Below are positions 22,403 through 32,595 of a stretch of DNA of 64,000 nt, in pieces. The translations under genes were made by a program, and so were the position numbers. The notes under the pieces are model-generated. The model worked only from the letters and a program-made list of their open reading frames with translations, was not told the origin of the DNA and did not search any database. This DNA is from Massalongia carnosa (lineage: Eukaryota). The stretch lies in assembly GCA_965645245.1 (NCBI GenBank), contig OZ287077.1, forward strand, positions 372,001-436,000. Direction: 5' to 3'. Each line of letters begins with the position of its first letter. The first letter of the stretch is position 1.

Positions 22403-23656
22403 CGTGAGAGGGCACCTTTTGCTTGTTTCCTTTCTGCATCTTTGATATTTTCTAGTGCATAGCTTCCCAGTAAATAGTCAATTCCATATCCTGGTTGAAC
22501 CGTCACATCTTTGTCCTATAACTGGTCTGTGCTCCCTCATGCGAGTTGTCCTCTCTTTGCACCTTTCATCCCATCCCTTATGGCGGCAGGACAACTACTC
22601 CTCCATTCGGGTTGTACTTCCTTCATGGTGGCAGGGCATCTGCTTCCCCATTCGAGTTGTATCCTCGGCATCCTGCGGATGCCTTCTTCTATCTCCTTTA
22701 TGGTATCCTTCCTCCATGATGGCAGTATACCTGCTCCCTCATGTCGGTTGTCCTCGGTACCCTGCGGGAACCTCCTTCCATTCCCCTATCTCCCCCACGG
22801 CATTCGGCGAAACGGCAACCGAGAGGAATAAGAACATCGAGGTAATGTGTAGGCGAAGGTCGTAATTAAAAGGAAAGAAGTCAGGAATTGAGATCAATTG
22901 GGTGGTGGGTGGGTTAATAAACGAGTGAACCACGAGGTTATGACTGTTTGATGAAGGGACGTCGGTAGTAGTGACTAAGAAGCCAGTAGCCGGCGTTTAG
23001 AAAAGAAATCGATCCGGAGGCCTTCATAAAGACCAATCGATAATTGAGTTCGAAAGGCAGCCTTTTGAGGACTGTATCGAGTTTGAATAGCGACAAGGCG
23101 GTTGTTAGGTTCAACTGTGTGTCGCTGGATTGTCGAGTGGAGATTTGGATTGGCGACCTCTCATCGTCGCCGATTTGGCTTGTTTGTCTTCCGCTAAAGA
23201 CACGTATCGAGCTGCCGTTTTCACCTGATTTGTCTCCTGACCCTCAAGAGACTCGTAATCAGTTGCCGAAGTGCTAATTCTCCCTTACCAAAAGGGACCG
23301 TAAAAAGCTGCCGGAATTCAGAGTAATCACGCGCTCTGACCACGGACACGCACACATCTCCCTTTATCCATGCCTACAAGGGGAAGCCTCATGCTAACCC
23401 GGGCTCATAACCAGTTAAATGGTATATCAGGTAGGGAGGAGAGAAGACTGCACGAAGGTGTGTTCTATTGAGATCTGTCTACACGACTATTATATACTGC
23501 CTAGCGCGCTAAGGCTCGTAGGGCTACACTACACCCGTAAAGGGGTTGGAGGATAATTTACAGTCCCGTGCCAAAAGCCTGCGGCCCAACCCGTAATTTT
23601 CGTGATTTCGCGTTTTCAACTCATCAACCCCCTATCTTCCACCTCCTCATTTCACC

Positions 23657-24742
23657 ATGCTTCGTGCTTCTTTGACCCCCATAAGTGGTACTCGGCCTCG
23701 TAACACTGAATTGACGCCATATCAACGTGGTATGATTGTTGAGGCTCAGGCATTGAGGCACACACCGACCAAGATTAGGAAGACTCTTAATTTCAATAAA
23801 TTGACCGTGCAGAGCACCATTCAGAAGCACTCAATTCGCAACGACGGCGTGTCTAAATCACGTTCTGGACGGCCTGAAGTGCTGTCAGAACGCGATCGAC
23901 GTTATATTATCAAGCATGCACGAATCAATCCACGAATCACTTATGCACAAATCAAACTAGAAGTAGGGCTCGGCTGCAGTCGTATGACTATTTATCGGGC
24001 ACTCAAACTGTATGGTTTAACCAACTGGGTGGCTAAAAAACGACCTTTATTGACGCCTGAGGTGGCCAAGAAACGATTGGATTGGTACTTGCTGCGGCGT
24101 GAGTGGACTTTTGAGCAGTGGTCAAGAGTTATATGGTCAGATGAGTGCTCGGTGGAAAAGGGGTCAGGAAAACAGCGTCAGTGGGTATTCAGATTGCCGA
24201 AAGAAAAACGGAATAAAGAGATGATACAACCTATCCCCAAAGGCAAAGGAGTCAGTGTCATGGTCTGGGCAGCTTTTTGGGGAGATGACAGGTCAGATCT
24301 TTACAAATTGGCTCGTGATTTTGCTGCGAAGAAGATGGGGTACTCGGCGAACTCATATATGGAATTATTGAACGATAATCTGCTTGGAATTTGGCAACCG
24401 GGCCTCATTTTCATGCAGGATAACGCACCTATACATAAGGCTAAAAAGGTGATGGAATGGTTCAATGAGAACAGCATAGAGGTCATCGATTGGCCCCCCT
24501 ATACACCTGATTTAAATCCCATCGAGCACGTTTGGTATGTGCTCAAAAAGCTCGTCTATCAAGTCAACCCGAACATAGATTTGGTGATCGGCAGTGATGA
24601 AACAGTTCGTGAGGTACTTTGGAAAGCGTTAGAAGAAGCATGGACGTTGATAGATGTGAAAATGATGAGGAGGTTAATAGAAAGCATGAATAGGAGGATA
24701 AAAGCGTGTATAGCGTCGGAAGGATGGTATACTAAATATTAA
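23657..24742 (+). CDS. Tc1 DD34E transposase, intact, 361 aa
   Basis: RSGRP HTH linker, WSDE, MQDNAPIH-x-PDLNPIE with 34-residue spacing. Confidence 0.93.
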   Translation: MLRASLTPISGTRPRNTELTPYQRGMIVEAQALRHTPTKIRKTLNFNKLTVQSTIQKHSIRNDGVSKSRSGRPEVLSERDRRYIIKHARINPRITYAQIKLEVGLGCSRMTIYRALKLYGLTNWVAKKRPLLTPEVAKKRLDWYLLRREWTFEQWSRVIWSDECSVEKGSGKQRQWVFRLPKEKRNKEMIQPIPKGKGVSVMVWAAFWGDDRSDLYKLARDFAAKKMGYSANSYMELLNDNLLGIWQPGLIFMQDNAPIHKAKKVMEWFNENSIEVIDWPPYTPDLNPIEHVWYVLKKLVYQVNPNIDLVIGSDETVREVLWKALEEAWTLIDVKMMRRLIESMNRRIKACIASEGWYTKY

Positions 24743-24780
24743 AAATCAAGTTTTGGGGGAATTCTTGTTTAGTATGTATG

Positions 24781-25054
24781 TGTTGAAATAGGTGTATGAC
24801 TATGGCTATATGGCTATGTAATAATAAAGGTATGTATGACGTTGATTTTGGGGATGAAGAGTTGCTAGGCAGCAATCTTTTCCTACTACTGGTCACCCCC
24901 TTCTAAGCGAGGTGATCTTATCTTATCTTGGGACTAAGCCTAATGCGGCATCTACGGTTTCCGTAGATGATCTGTCCATCTAGGGCAGCCGTAGGTGCTA
25001 TGTTCATCGTACTGATAGGTGTTTATTGTACTGGTAGGAATTGGATATTCAACA
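24781..25054. mobile_element. Solo LTR D (Copia-2 family, 274 bp)
   Basis: Similar to 14253-14524; TSD GTATG. Confidence 0.92.
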
Positions 25055-25221
25055 GTATGTAATCATTATGTAAAGTTTCAAGACATTTCAGCAATCGTGA
25101 CGTGGTTGATTGTTGATTGAATAGAATGATTAAAATGTTGGTAGGGTGCGGGGCCGCAGACTTTAGGCCTAGTAGTGTAACATATTCAACAATAAATCAA
25201 TCGTCATAAAACAATGTTAAA

Positions 25222-25644
25222 TAAATCGCGCAACGAGTTAAATTAAACCCGTCTAATTATTCAACTCGTGAGATTTAAGTCCGATTCTAGTTTTTTATCT
25301 GAGTTTTCTGATGAAATCGTTTAATTCGATTAGTTTTTTTTTTGCCAATTAAATATAAAATTTCGATAAAAATATAACGTTTAAAACGAAAAATTAATTT
25401 TTGACTTATCAATATTTCTTAAAGACTATATTTCAGAGTTTTCAAAATTTTCAAATATCTTTAAAACGTTTAAAAAACACGCTTAAAATTGATATAATGA
25501 ATCAACTGAGTCGAACGAATCAAACGGGTTAACCCGGGAACGGTTCCCCGATTCAACTGGTTAAGCTCCACAGGTTTCCCAATTCGTTATCGGGTCGAGT
25601 TCTACTAGTCAAAATCCGACCCAACTTGAGCCTTTGCGCGATAT
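25222..25644 (-). mobile_element. Degenerate AT-shifted copy of the 436-bp hAT MITE
   Basis: Aligns in inverted orientation to 27342-27777; TIR remnants CGCGCAACGAGTT / TTGCGCG; TSD not recoverable. Confidence 0.7.
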
Positions 25645-25679
25645 AAAGATAGATAATTATTGTCACGGTTCATCCAGGA

Positions 25680-26959
25680 TGTTATGATCTACCTAGATGT
25701 AATGGGCTACGAGACCAGTAAGCTTATCACGAGCGACACTGATCTCGAAAGGGGAAATGCTCAGCGTGAGAGGAGGAAGATAGCTACTACGTGCTAGTCT
25801 CCGAGAGTATACGTGATCCAAAGAACTAATGGATGTGGAAGTGCTTAGACCAAGAGATCTCGTCCGAGACCCAAACGTAGGTTGTTCATAGAATAAAGAC
25901 TAATTGCTAACGAATACTACAAGATTCGTTCTGATATTTATCCTACTCACCCCAAGCCTATAGCCTTGGGAGCCTTGGAACCTTAGGAGCCTTGCAAGCC
26001 TTGGGAGCCTTACGAGCCTTACAGCCTTGCAATCCACATCCGACTTTATCGCATTACATCCAACTATCCCTCAGGATCCATCCACGAACTCGGCGTTCGC
26101 TAGATCATCTAGTAAGCCTCGAGCAGCCTTATAGATCTTCCCTTGCAAGGTAGAACAGTTCTACCTCCGGCTAAATCCCTCACTACATGCCTCAGGCTAT
26201 GTAGCTTCATTTCGCCGTCACCACTACCTAGTGATGGAAGGTTACCTCCGACTGAATACCTCGCTACACTGCGGACCTGCCTCTAGACACAGGATCTAGA
26301 CAACGAGGTCATGTAGGTTCATTCAGCCGACATCACTACCAACGTAGTAATAAAGGTTGAAGCTGAAGTTTACACCGGGGAGCCTAGCTCAAGCTGCGTC
26401 CAGCGAGCCGTGCCTCCTGCTACCTCTCTTGATCCATCAAGAGATCCAGTAGCTCCGAGTAGGCCAGTAGATCCCATATAGAGTTCCTTGGCGTCTCCAC
26501 AGGAGTCCGCCTTACACTCCATGGCAATCTACCACCATGGCCTCGACAGGTGTTTGATCTGTAAGTAGTCAAGAACGTGATAATAATAACTCCGAGGTTT
26601 CGGGGCAAGATGGCAGTGTGTCAGCCTCGACGGCTTATGCGACTTCGTACTACGGCATGGTCCACGCTAGTTAATCCCGCAACCGCCATAGGCGATCACG
26701 TATCCCTCTAGCGCCATCCGTATTACACTAGAGACAACTCATAGGGACACTAGAAACGAATACAATAAAGATAAAGAAGAAAAAGCCAATCGACATCCCG
26801 AACCTGTCCCTATATATCCTCTACTGCGCTAGTATCCATGTGGTATAGTCGCGGTAAAATCTTCTCGTGACTGCAGGAACAAAATCGAAGGTGCAGGCAT
26901 CTACGGTTTGTTGCCGAATATATCCGAGTGCCGAGGTCGTGCCGAGTAGAATCGTGACA
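25680..26959. mobile_element. Solo LTR E copy 2, split by LTR F
   Basis: TSD CAGGA; similar to 13721-14001. Confidence 0.88.
25698..26727. mobile_element. Long solo LTR F (1030 bp)
   Basis: TGTAAT...ATTACA, TSD CTAGA; internal ~9-bp GAGCCTT repeats at 25961-26030. Confidence 0.82.
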
Positions 26960-27341
26960 CAGGATATGAAATTGAGTATCTACTGGGAAGCTATATACAG
27001 AAAGGAAACAAGCAAAGAGTGCCCTCTCTAGGAGTCTATATAGATAATCGCTTGGCCTGATCTAGCTGCTTGTGTCTTCATAAATTAGTGAACAGTATAG
27101 TCAAATAGTCTTTCTCTCCTTTGTCTCTTTCTTCTATTTGTGATTGCTTTAGAGGGTCGTTCCGATGCGTCTCTTTTAATCCTTTCAGACCTCCGTTGAT
27201 TACCCCTATAATTGCTTGATAGTGACCGACCACCTAAGGTTTCCGTTGATAGAAATTTGGTTTAGTGTCCCGGAGCTTCGGTCCCTATGACCGTCTAATC
27301 TACCGTTAAAAGGGATAAGTTACTGAAGCGGTTAGTGCGCC

Positions 27342-27777
27342 TACGCCGCGCAACGGGTCGGGTTGGTTCGGGTTTTGACTAGTCGAGCCCGACCCGCTAT
27401 CGGGTTAGGGAACCTGTAGGGCTCAACTAGATAGGTTGGGGAACTATTCCCGGGTTAACCCGTTTGACCCGTTTGACCAGGTGAATCTTTTATGCCAATT
27501 TAAACCATGTTTTTTAAACGTTTTAAACATATTTGAAAATTCTGAAAAGTAGCCATCAAGAAAAGATAATTAGTAAGCAAATTTTTTATCACTTTAAACG
27601 TCATATTTTCGTCGAATTTTCATATTTAATTTGCAGAAAAAACTGTCCGGGTTGAACTGTTTAACCCGGAAACCTGCATATAAAACCCGAACCCGTCGGG
27701 CCGGGTTCGAGGTAGTCCAATCCAATCCGAAAACCCGACCCAAACCCGACGGGTTGGGTAACCCGTTGCGCGGCGTA
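27342..27777. mobile_element. hAT-family MITE, 436 bp
   Basis: TIR TACGCCGCGCAACGGGT; 8-bp TSD AGTGCGCC. Confidence 0.92.
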
Positions 27778-27861
27778 AGTGCGCCGGCAGATGCGCCTTC
27801 GGTCGATGTTGTTGAACCGTGACAATTATAGATTTAATTTTAACGGTAAAAGTACTAGGTT

Positions 27862-28012
27862 TACGTCGCGTAACGGGTTAGATTTGAAATGGTTAAACCT
27901 AATCCGAAGGTAACGAAATCTATAATTTTTGGTCTGCGGGTTGGGTTTTAAAGTTAAAACCCGATGACAAATCGCTTTTTTTGCCCGAAAACCCAACCCA
28001 TTGCACGGCTTA
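27862..28012 (-). mobile_element. Degenerate copy of the 152-bp hAT MITE
   Basis: Reverse complement aligns along 72-223; TIRs TACGTCGCGTAACGGGT / TAAGCCGTGCAATGGGT. Confidence 0.7.
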
Positions 28013-28623
28013 ATCGGGTTTTTATAAAATTTCTATTTCGATTTAGTTTTTTAAAAGATGCTAAGTATGATTCGATATAAATTCGACCCGTGCATGATTT
28101 GAAAATCTGCTGTGATAAATATGATCGAGAGAAAACCGTCTCCCACAAATATGCGAAAAATCGTGTGTGTAATTGATTGAGGCTTAGGTTGCAGAAGGAA
28201 TCAGAATCCTTCTCACTCGCAGCCAGTCTAGCTACATTAGACTTAGTTCGATCCTTCTGCTTCCTGTGCATTGTAGACGTACCTATCGGTACACATCATT
28301 CCCCGAATTTGTTGAAGGTTTCCTTACGGACTTAGTTTTGTCGCTAGCGCCGAAGAGATCGATTGGGTGACGAAAAAGCCGGCAACTTCCTATCTGTGTA
28401 GATTTTAAACTTCTGCAGTCAGACGGCTATCAAACTGCCCGTTTCAACTAGACTACTTTGCTGCAGTCAGACGACTATGGTGCGCATTTTGAAATGGCTG
28501 CCGTAAGACGGCTGTACTGAGCCGCCCGAAGTTTCAAGGCGGCCGGGGTGCGGGCTATTATATCACCCTCCTGAGGTTACAAAGTGGTGACGAATACTTG
28601 TAATTCCTTAGAATATCGCCATC

Positions 28624-29891
28624 ATGTCTCATGTGAAGGTGTTATTTGGAACTTACTGGTTTGGCTCATTGCCTACCGAGACTAGTCACGAATTCCTCGA
28701 TCTCCTCAAGGTTCACAACGTAAAGGACCTTGATACTGCCTACCAATATGTAAGGAATTGTGCGTATTCGTAAAAGAGAACAGGAGCTGACTTTGTGCAC
28801 CACAGACAGGGAGTGAGAAGGCTCTTGGAGAGCTAGGCGCAAGCTCAACCTTCACCATTCATACGAAAGCCCCTGGATTCGCAAAAGATTCAGGGACAAA
28901 AGCATCGATATTGGCAGCTGCGAAGCAGAGTTTCGAGGATCTAGGCCTCACGAGCGTAAGACGTTTCTGACACTTGGACCAACCTAGAAGCCTGCTGACG
29001 TCCTCGGTAAAGGTCGAAACTTATTTCGTTCACTCTCCAGACCCCGACACTCCAATTGAAGAGACGGTCGATGCTATGCAACTGGTCTTTACGTCGGGCA
29101 AGTTCAAGCACGTAGGTTATATATAGCTAGTGCAATTTGGTACAATAACCAGCTCTGAAACTTACCTGTCATAAAGTTCGGACTTTCGAATTTTATGCCG
29201 GAGGATGTCAGGAGGGTATACGATTATGCAAAGTCAAAAGGGTACGTGCTGCCGACGGTCTTCCAGGGAAACTATAATCCCGTTGCTCGTCATCATGAGA
29301 AGACACTTTTTCCACTCCTCCGCGAACTCGAAATCGCCTTCTATGCGTATTCTCCCCTCGCTGGCGGGTTTCTCGTGAAAGACGCCCACACACTCAAGAC
29401 AGGTAGTGTTCAGGGCCGCTGGGATCCTGGAACACCGCTCGGAAAGGCATATAATGATATATACACCAAACCGTCGCTGCTCGAGGCATTGTCTGAGTGG
29501 GAAGCGATTGCCAATGAAGCTCGTGTGTCTAAGGCTGTGTTGGCCTATCGATGGGTGATGTACAACTCGAAGTTGAGCGTTGAGCATGGCGACGGTATTA
29601 TCGTGCGTATTCTCGGAGCCCATACGCTCGCTTACTCACCCAATCCCGAGTCTTGAAAGATGTCCGCAGAGTAGACACTCCAAAAACATGATTCAAGGCT
29701 TAAGATTCCCTCTTAACATAGATGCTAACTCCGAAATTTATACGTAGATTGGAGCAACTCGAATATCACAGCTAGAAGAGACGCTGAGGTCGATCACGGA
29801 TGGGCCGTTAGACGAGAGTATTTCGAAGAGGATTGACAAGGTGTGGGAGGTTGTGAAAGACGAGGCACCTATTGATAATTACCACATGTGA
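28624..29891 (+). CDS. Aldo-keto reductase, AKR7/aflatoxin B1 aldehyde reductase-like (5 exons)
   Basis: Spliced LDTAYQY...SE...HTKAP...VHSPD...FGLSNF...FQGNYNP...AYSPLAGGFL...GDGIIIGA; D/Y/K/H catalytic residues present; four GT-AG introns. Confidence 0.9.
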
Positions 29892-30399
29892 GCGTTTGCC
29901 TTGTGACTTACTAGTCGAATACACGTAGGACAGGCCATTTATAAAGTTTGCTTTTTGCCTTCCCGTGTCTCTCAAGGAACGTAGCCAGCAAGTGGCAATG
30001 TTGTGGAACATAAAAAAAAGCTCGGAGAGCATACATTCGAGCTTATCAGCTTTTTCACCAGTCACGCGAGGATTACTCACTGCGGCTGTTCATACTCATG
30101 ACGCTGTACCAAATCTCATCAGTTATGTCGTACATCATTCCGTGATTCTCGGTGCCTCCTATGCCGGCATTGTTAGCCATAATATATATGAAATATAAAT
30201 TCATTTTGTAGATAGAGTAACATGATTGTCATTGAAGGTGTGGATTATATGTAAGCTATCAAGTAATTATATAATAGTCACATTACAGACACTTCGGCGA
30301 GCTTTTTTATAAGAAGTCAGCCTGTTCACTAAATTTCGGTTCTCAAAGGTCACTTCGGTCCTCGCGATAAAATCATCGAAGATAAGTACTTGATTAATA

Positions 30400-30509
30400 T
30401 GTTGAAATAGGTATATAACTATGGCTATATGGCTATGTAATAATAAAGGTATGTATATAACCGTGATGTTAAGGATGAAGAGTTGCTAGGCAGCAATCTT
30501 TTCCTATTA
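30400..30509. mobile_element. Partial LTR D, cut by a pogo insertion
   Basis: Matches the first ~110 bp of 14253-14524; ends at TA. Confidence 0.8.
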
Positions 30510-30582
30510 GAAGATTTCCCGAGGAAATGCCGCACCCGACGAAATGCCGCATCTTCTCACTTTCCAACCATTACTTTCAAAC

Positions 30583-32546
30583 ATGAATAAATCCACCCTC
30601 AACGCTCGTATCGAGCTCGCAATTGCTGATCTGAATCAGCAAGATCAGCCTAACCTCAGGGGATAGCTAAAAGGTTTTGCCTAGTCGAAAGTACCCTCCG
30701 GAGGCGCTGGAAAGGCCAGACGGTGTCCCAAATGGCAGCCGCGTCAAAATACAAGCAACGACTTACCTTGGCCCAGGAAGAGGCCTTAATTCAGCAAATC
30801 AATCGCCTTGTCGATCGTGGACTGCCCCCAACCGCCAGAATTGTACGAAACCTAGCGGAGGAGGTGATAGGAGGGCCTGTAGGGAAGAACTGGACAGGGG
30901 ATTTTGTCCGCCGATACAAGGATAGGCTTAAAAGTCTTTATCTTCGAAATATGGATAGCAAGCGTATAAAATCCGAGTATCCGCCTTTATTTAAGCAATT
31001 CTACGATTTGGTAACGTGTTAACTACCCACTCCTATTTGTTGAATATTAATTATGATCGAAAATAACTAATGTTTCTATTAGCTAATCGCCGGTGTCGAA
31101 AAATACAATATCACGGGGGAAAACCTTTACAATTGGGACGAAAAGGGCTTTGTGATTGGCCAAGCAAGCGCCACGCAACGTATCATGTCGCTAGAGGCCC
31201 TTGAATCAGGGCGGATCACACATGCAAGCCAGGACGGGAATAGGGAGTTTATCAGCCTCCTTGCTTGTATCGGGGCCGACGGAACCGCTTTACCTCCTGC
31301 CTTGATCTATAAAGGCGACTCTGGCATACTCCAGGATACATGGGTTGAGGATGTAAATCCTAATGACGAGGCGTTTTTTGCAGTATCGGCGAAAGGATGG
31401 AGTTGTGATATCCTTGGCCTGAATTGGCTAGAGCAAGTTTTTCAGCGTTATACGAAGCAAAAGGCTAGAAATAGAAGACGTTTACTGATAGTAGACGGTC
31501 ATTCTAGCCACGTGAATCTTAAGTTTATCGATAAATGCGATAACTTACGTATTCTTCTCCTGATTCTACCTTCGCACTCTACGCATCGTTTACAGCCTCT
31601 GGACGTTTCTCTATTCGCGCCGTTAGCAACGTTCTATACCAATGGGCTGAATAGACTAATGTTCGATAGTCTAGGCATGATAAACATGTCAAAAAGAGCC
31701 TTTTGGAGCGTTTTCTTCCCTGCATGGCAGCAGGCATTTTCGGAGGAAAAAATTACTTCTGCCTTCGAAAAAACCGGTATTTGGCCTTACAATCCGAGCC
31801 TTATACTAAATGTTATCACAACACAGATAATCGAGGCTCCTTCTCAGTCGCCAAAAACACCAAGACAAGCCGTGCTATTCGCCGTACGCAGCGAGCGTAC
31901 GATATTGCGCCTACAAAGTTATTACTAGCAAAGATCTTCCGGGCTAACGAACGCCTTGCTGCCCAGGACTCTATCAACAAACACGTGATCAAAGGGCTCT
32001 GCAATACCCTTCAGGACGAAAAGAAGAGGAGGAAGAGAGGTAAACGGCTTAATTTAGTTGGGGAAGAGGACTCAAGCCCTCAATTCTTTAGTCCTAGGCG
32101 AGTACAGGCTGCCAGGGAATTTCAAGCAGCAAAAGAGGAAGAAGAAGCACAACGCCAGCTAGATATTAGCGAGAAGCGACGACAAGCTACTGCTAAAAGG
32201 TTACAGAAAGAAGAGGAGAAGCTAGAAAAGGTAGCAATCGCTCTAGAGAAGCGGCGATTGACTGCAGTGTTAGATGAGACAGCCATCCTATGTGCCGTGC
32301 CAGACGGCAACATAACGGCTTGGGAATAACGTCTCAAGTGATCCGTACACGGCTAGGTAATGAGGTGGTACGGCAGGGAGATTCAAGGCAAACCTGCCCT
32401 GCCGCTGTGCCTGCTCTCTATCTTATTCATCTCTCATCTATCTAGCTATATAAACATAGTAGATAGCCACCTAGATAGAATAATCAATCCTTCCCACACA
32501 TACTATTACCTACCTATTTAACTCAACATGCAGAAGCAAAGGTAGC
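30583..32546 (+). pseudogene. Fot1/pogo transposase pseudogene with one intron (31011-31082)
   Basis: MNKSTLNARIELAIADL..., YNWDEKGF, LIVDGHSSH, LQPLDVSLF; frameshifts near 30660 and 31862; LTR insertion at 32268. Confidence 0.88.
32268..32528. mobile_element. Solo LTR I (261 bp)
   Basis: TGTTAG...TCAACA, TSD TGCAG. Confidence 0.85.
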
Positions 32547-32595
32547 TGTTGCGAATGCCAAGCCAGCTAGATCATATCTGACGTAATATGCGAAT

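Larger units (their letters stand above)
14081..22507. mobile_element. Solo LTR G' split by Copia-2 and the Tc1-like element
   Basis: TGTCACGGTTCA...TGAACCGTCACA, TSD TCTTT; inverted homologue of 25661-27824. Confidence 0.88.
13523..22527. mobile_element. Diverged, truncated LTR D (Copia-2 family) hosting three direct insertions
   Basis: Segments 13523-13531, 13708-13720, 14007-14080 and 22513-22527 join into a sequence resembling the first ~115 bp of 14253-14524. Confidence 0.75.
23561..25177 (+). mobile_element. Tc1/mariner DNA transposon
   Basis: TA at both flanks; imperfect TIRs CAGTCCCGTGCCAAAAGCCTGCGGCCC / CACTACTAGGCCTAAAGTCTGCGGCCC. Confidence 0.88.
22528..25191 (-). mobile_element. 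Truncated Copia-type element: 5' LTR (~23413-25191, split by Tc1), PBS and partial leader
   Basis: PBS GGTTATGAGCCC at 23412-23401; LTR end matches window positions 1-33; no coding domain recognised. Confidence 0.5.
25661..27824. mobile_element. Solo LTR G with nested LTR E, LTR F and a hAT MITE
   Basis: TGTCACGGTTCA...TGAACCGTGACA, TSD ATTAT. Confidence 0.88.
30510..32546 (+). mobile_element. Fot1/pogo transposon 2, right end not found
   Basis: Starts after TA with GAAGATTTCCCGAGGAAATGCCGCA and a repeated GAAATGCCGCA; transposase follows. Confidence 0.75.
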
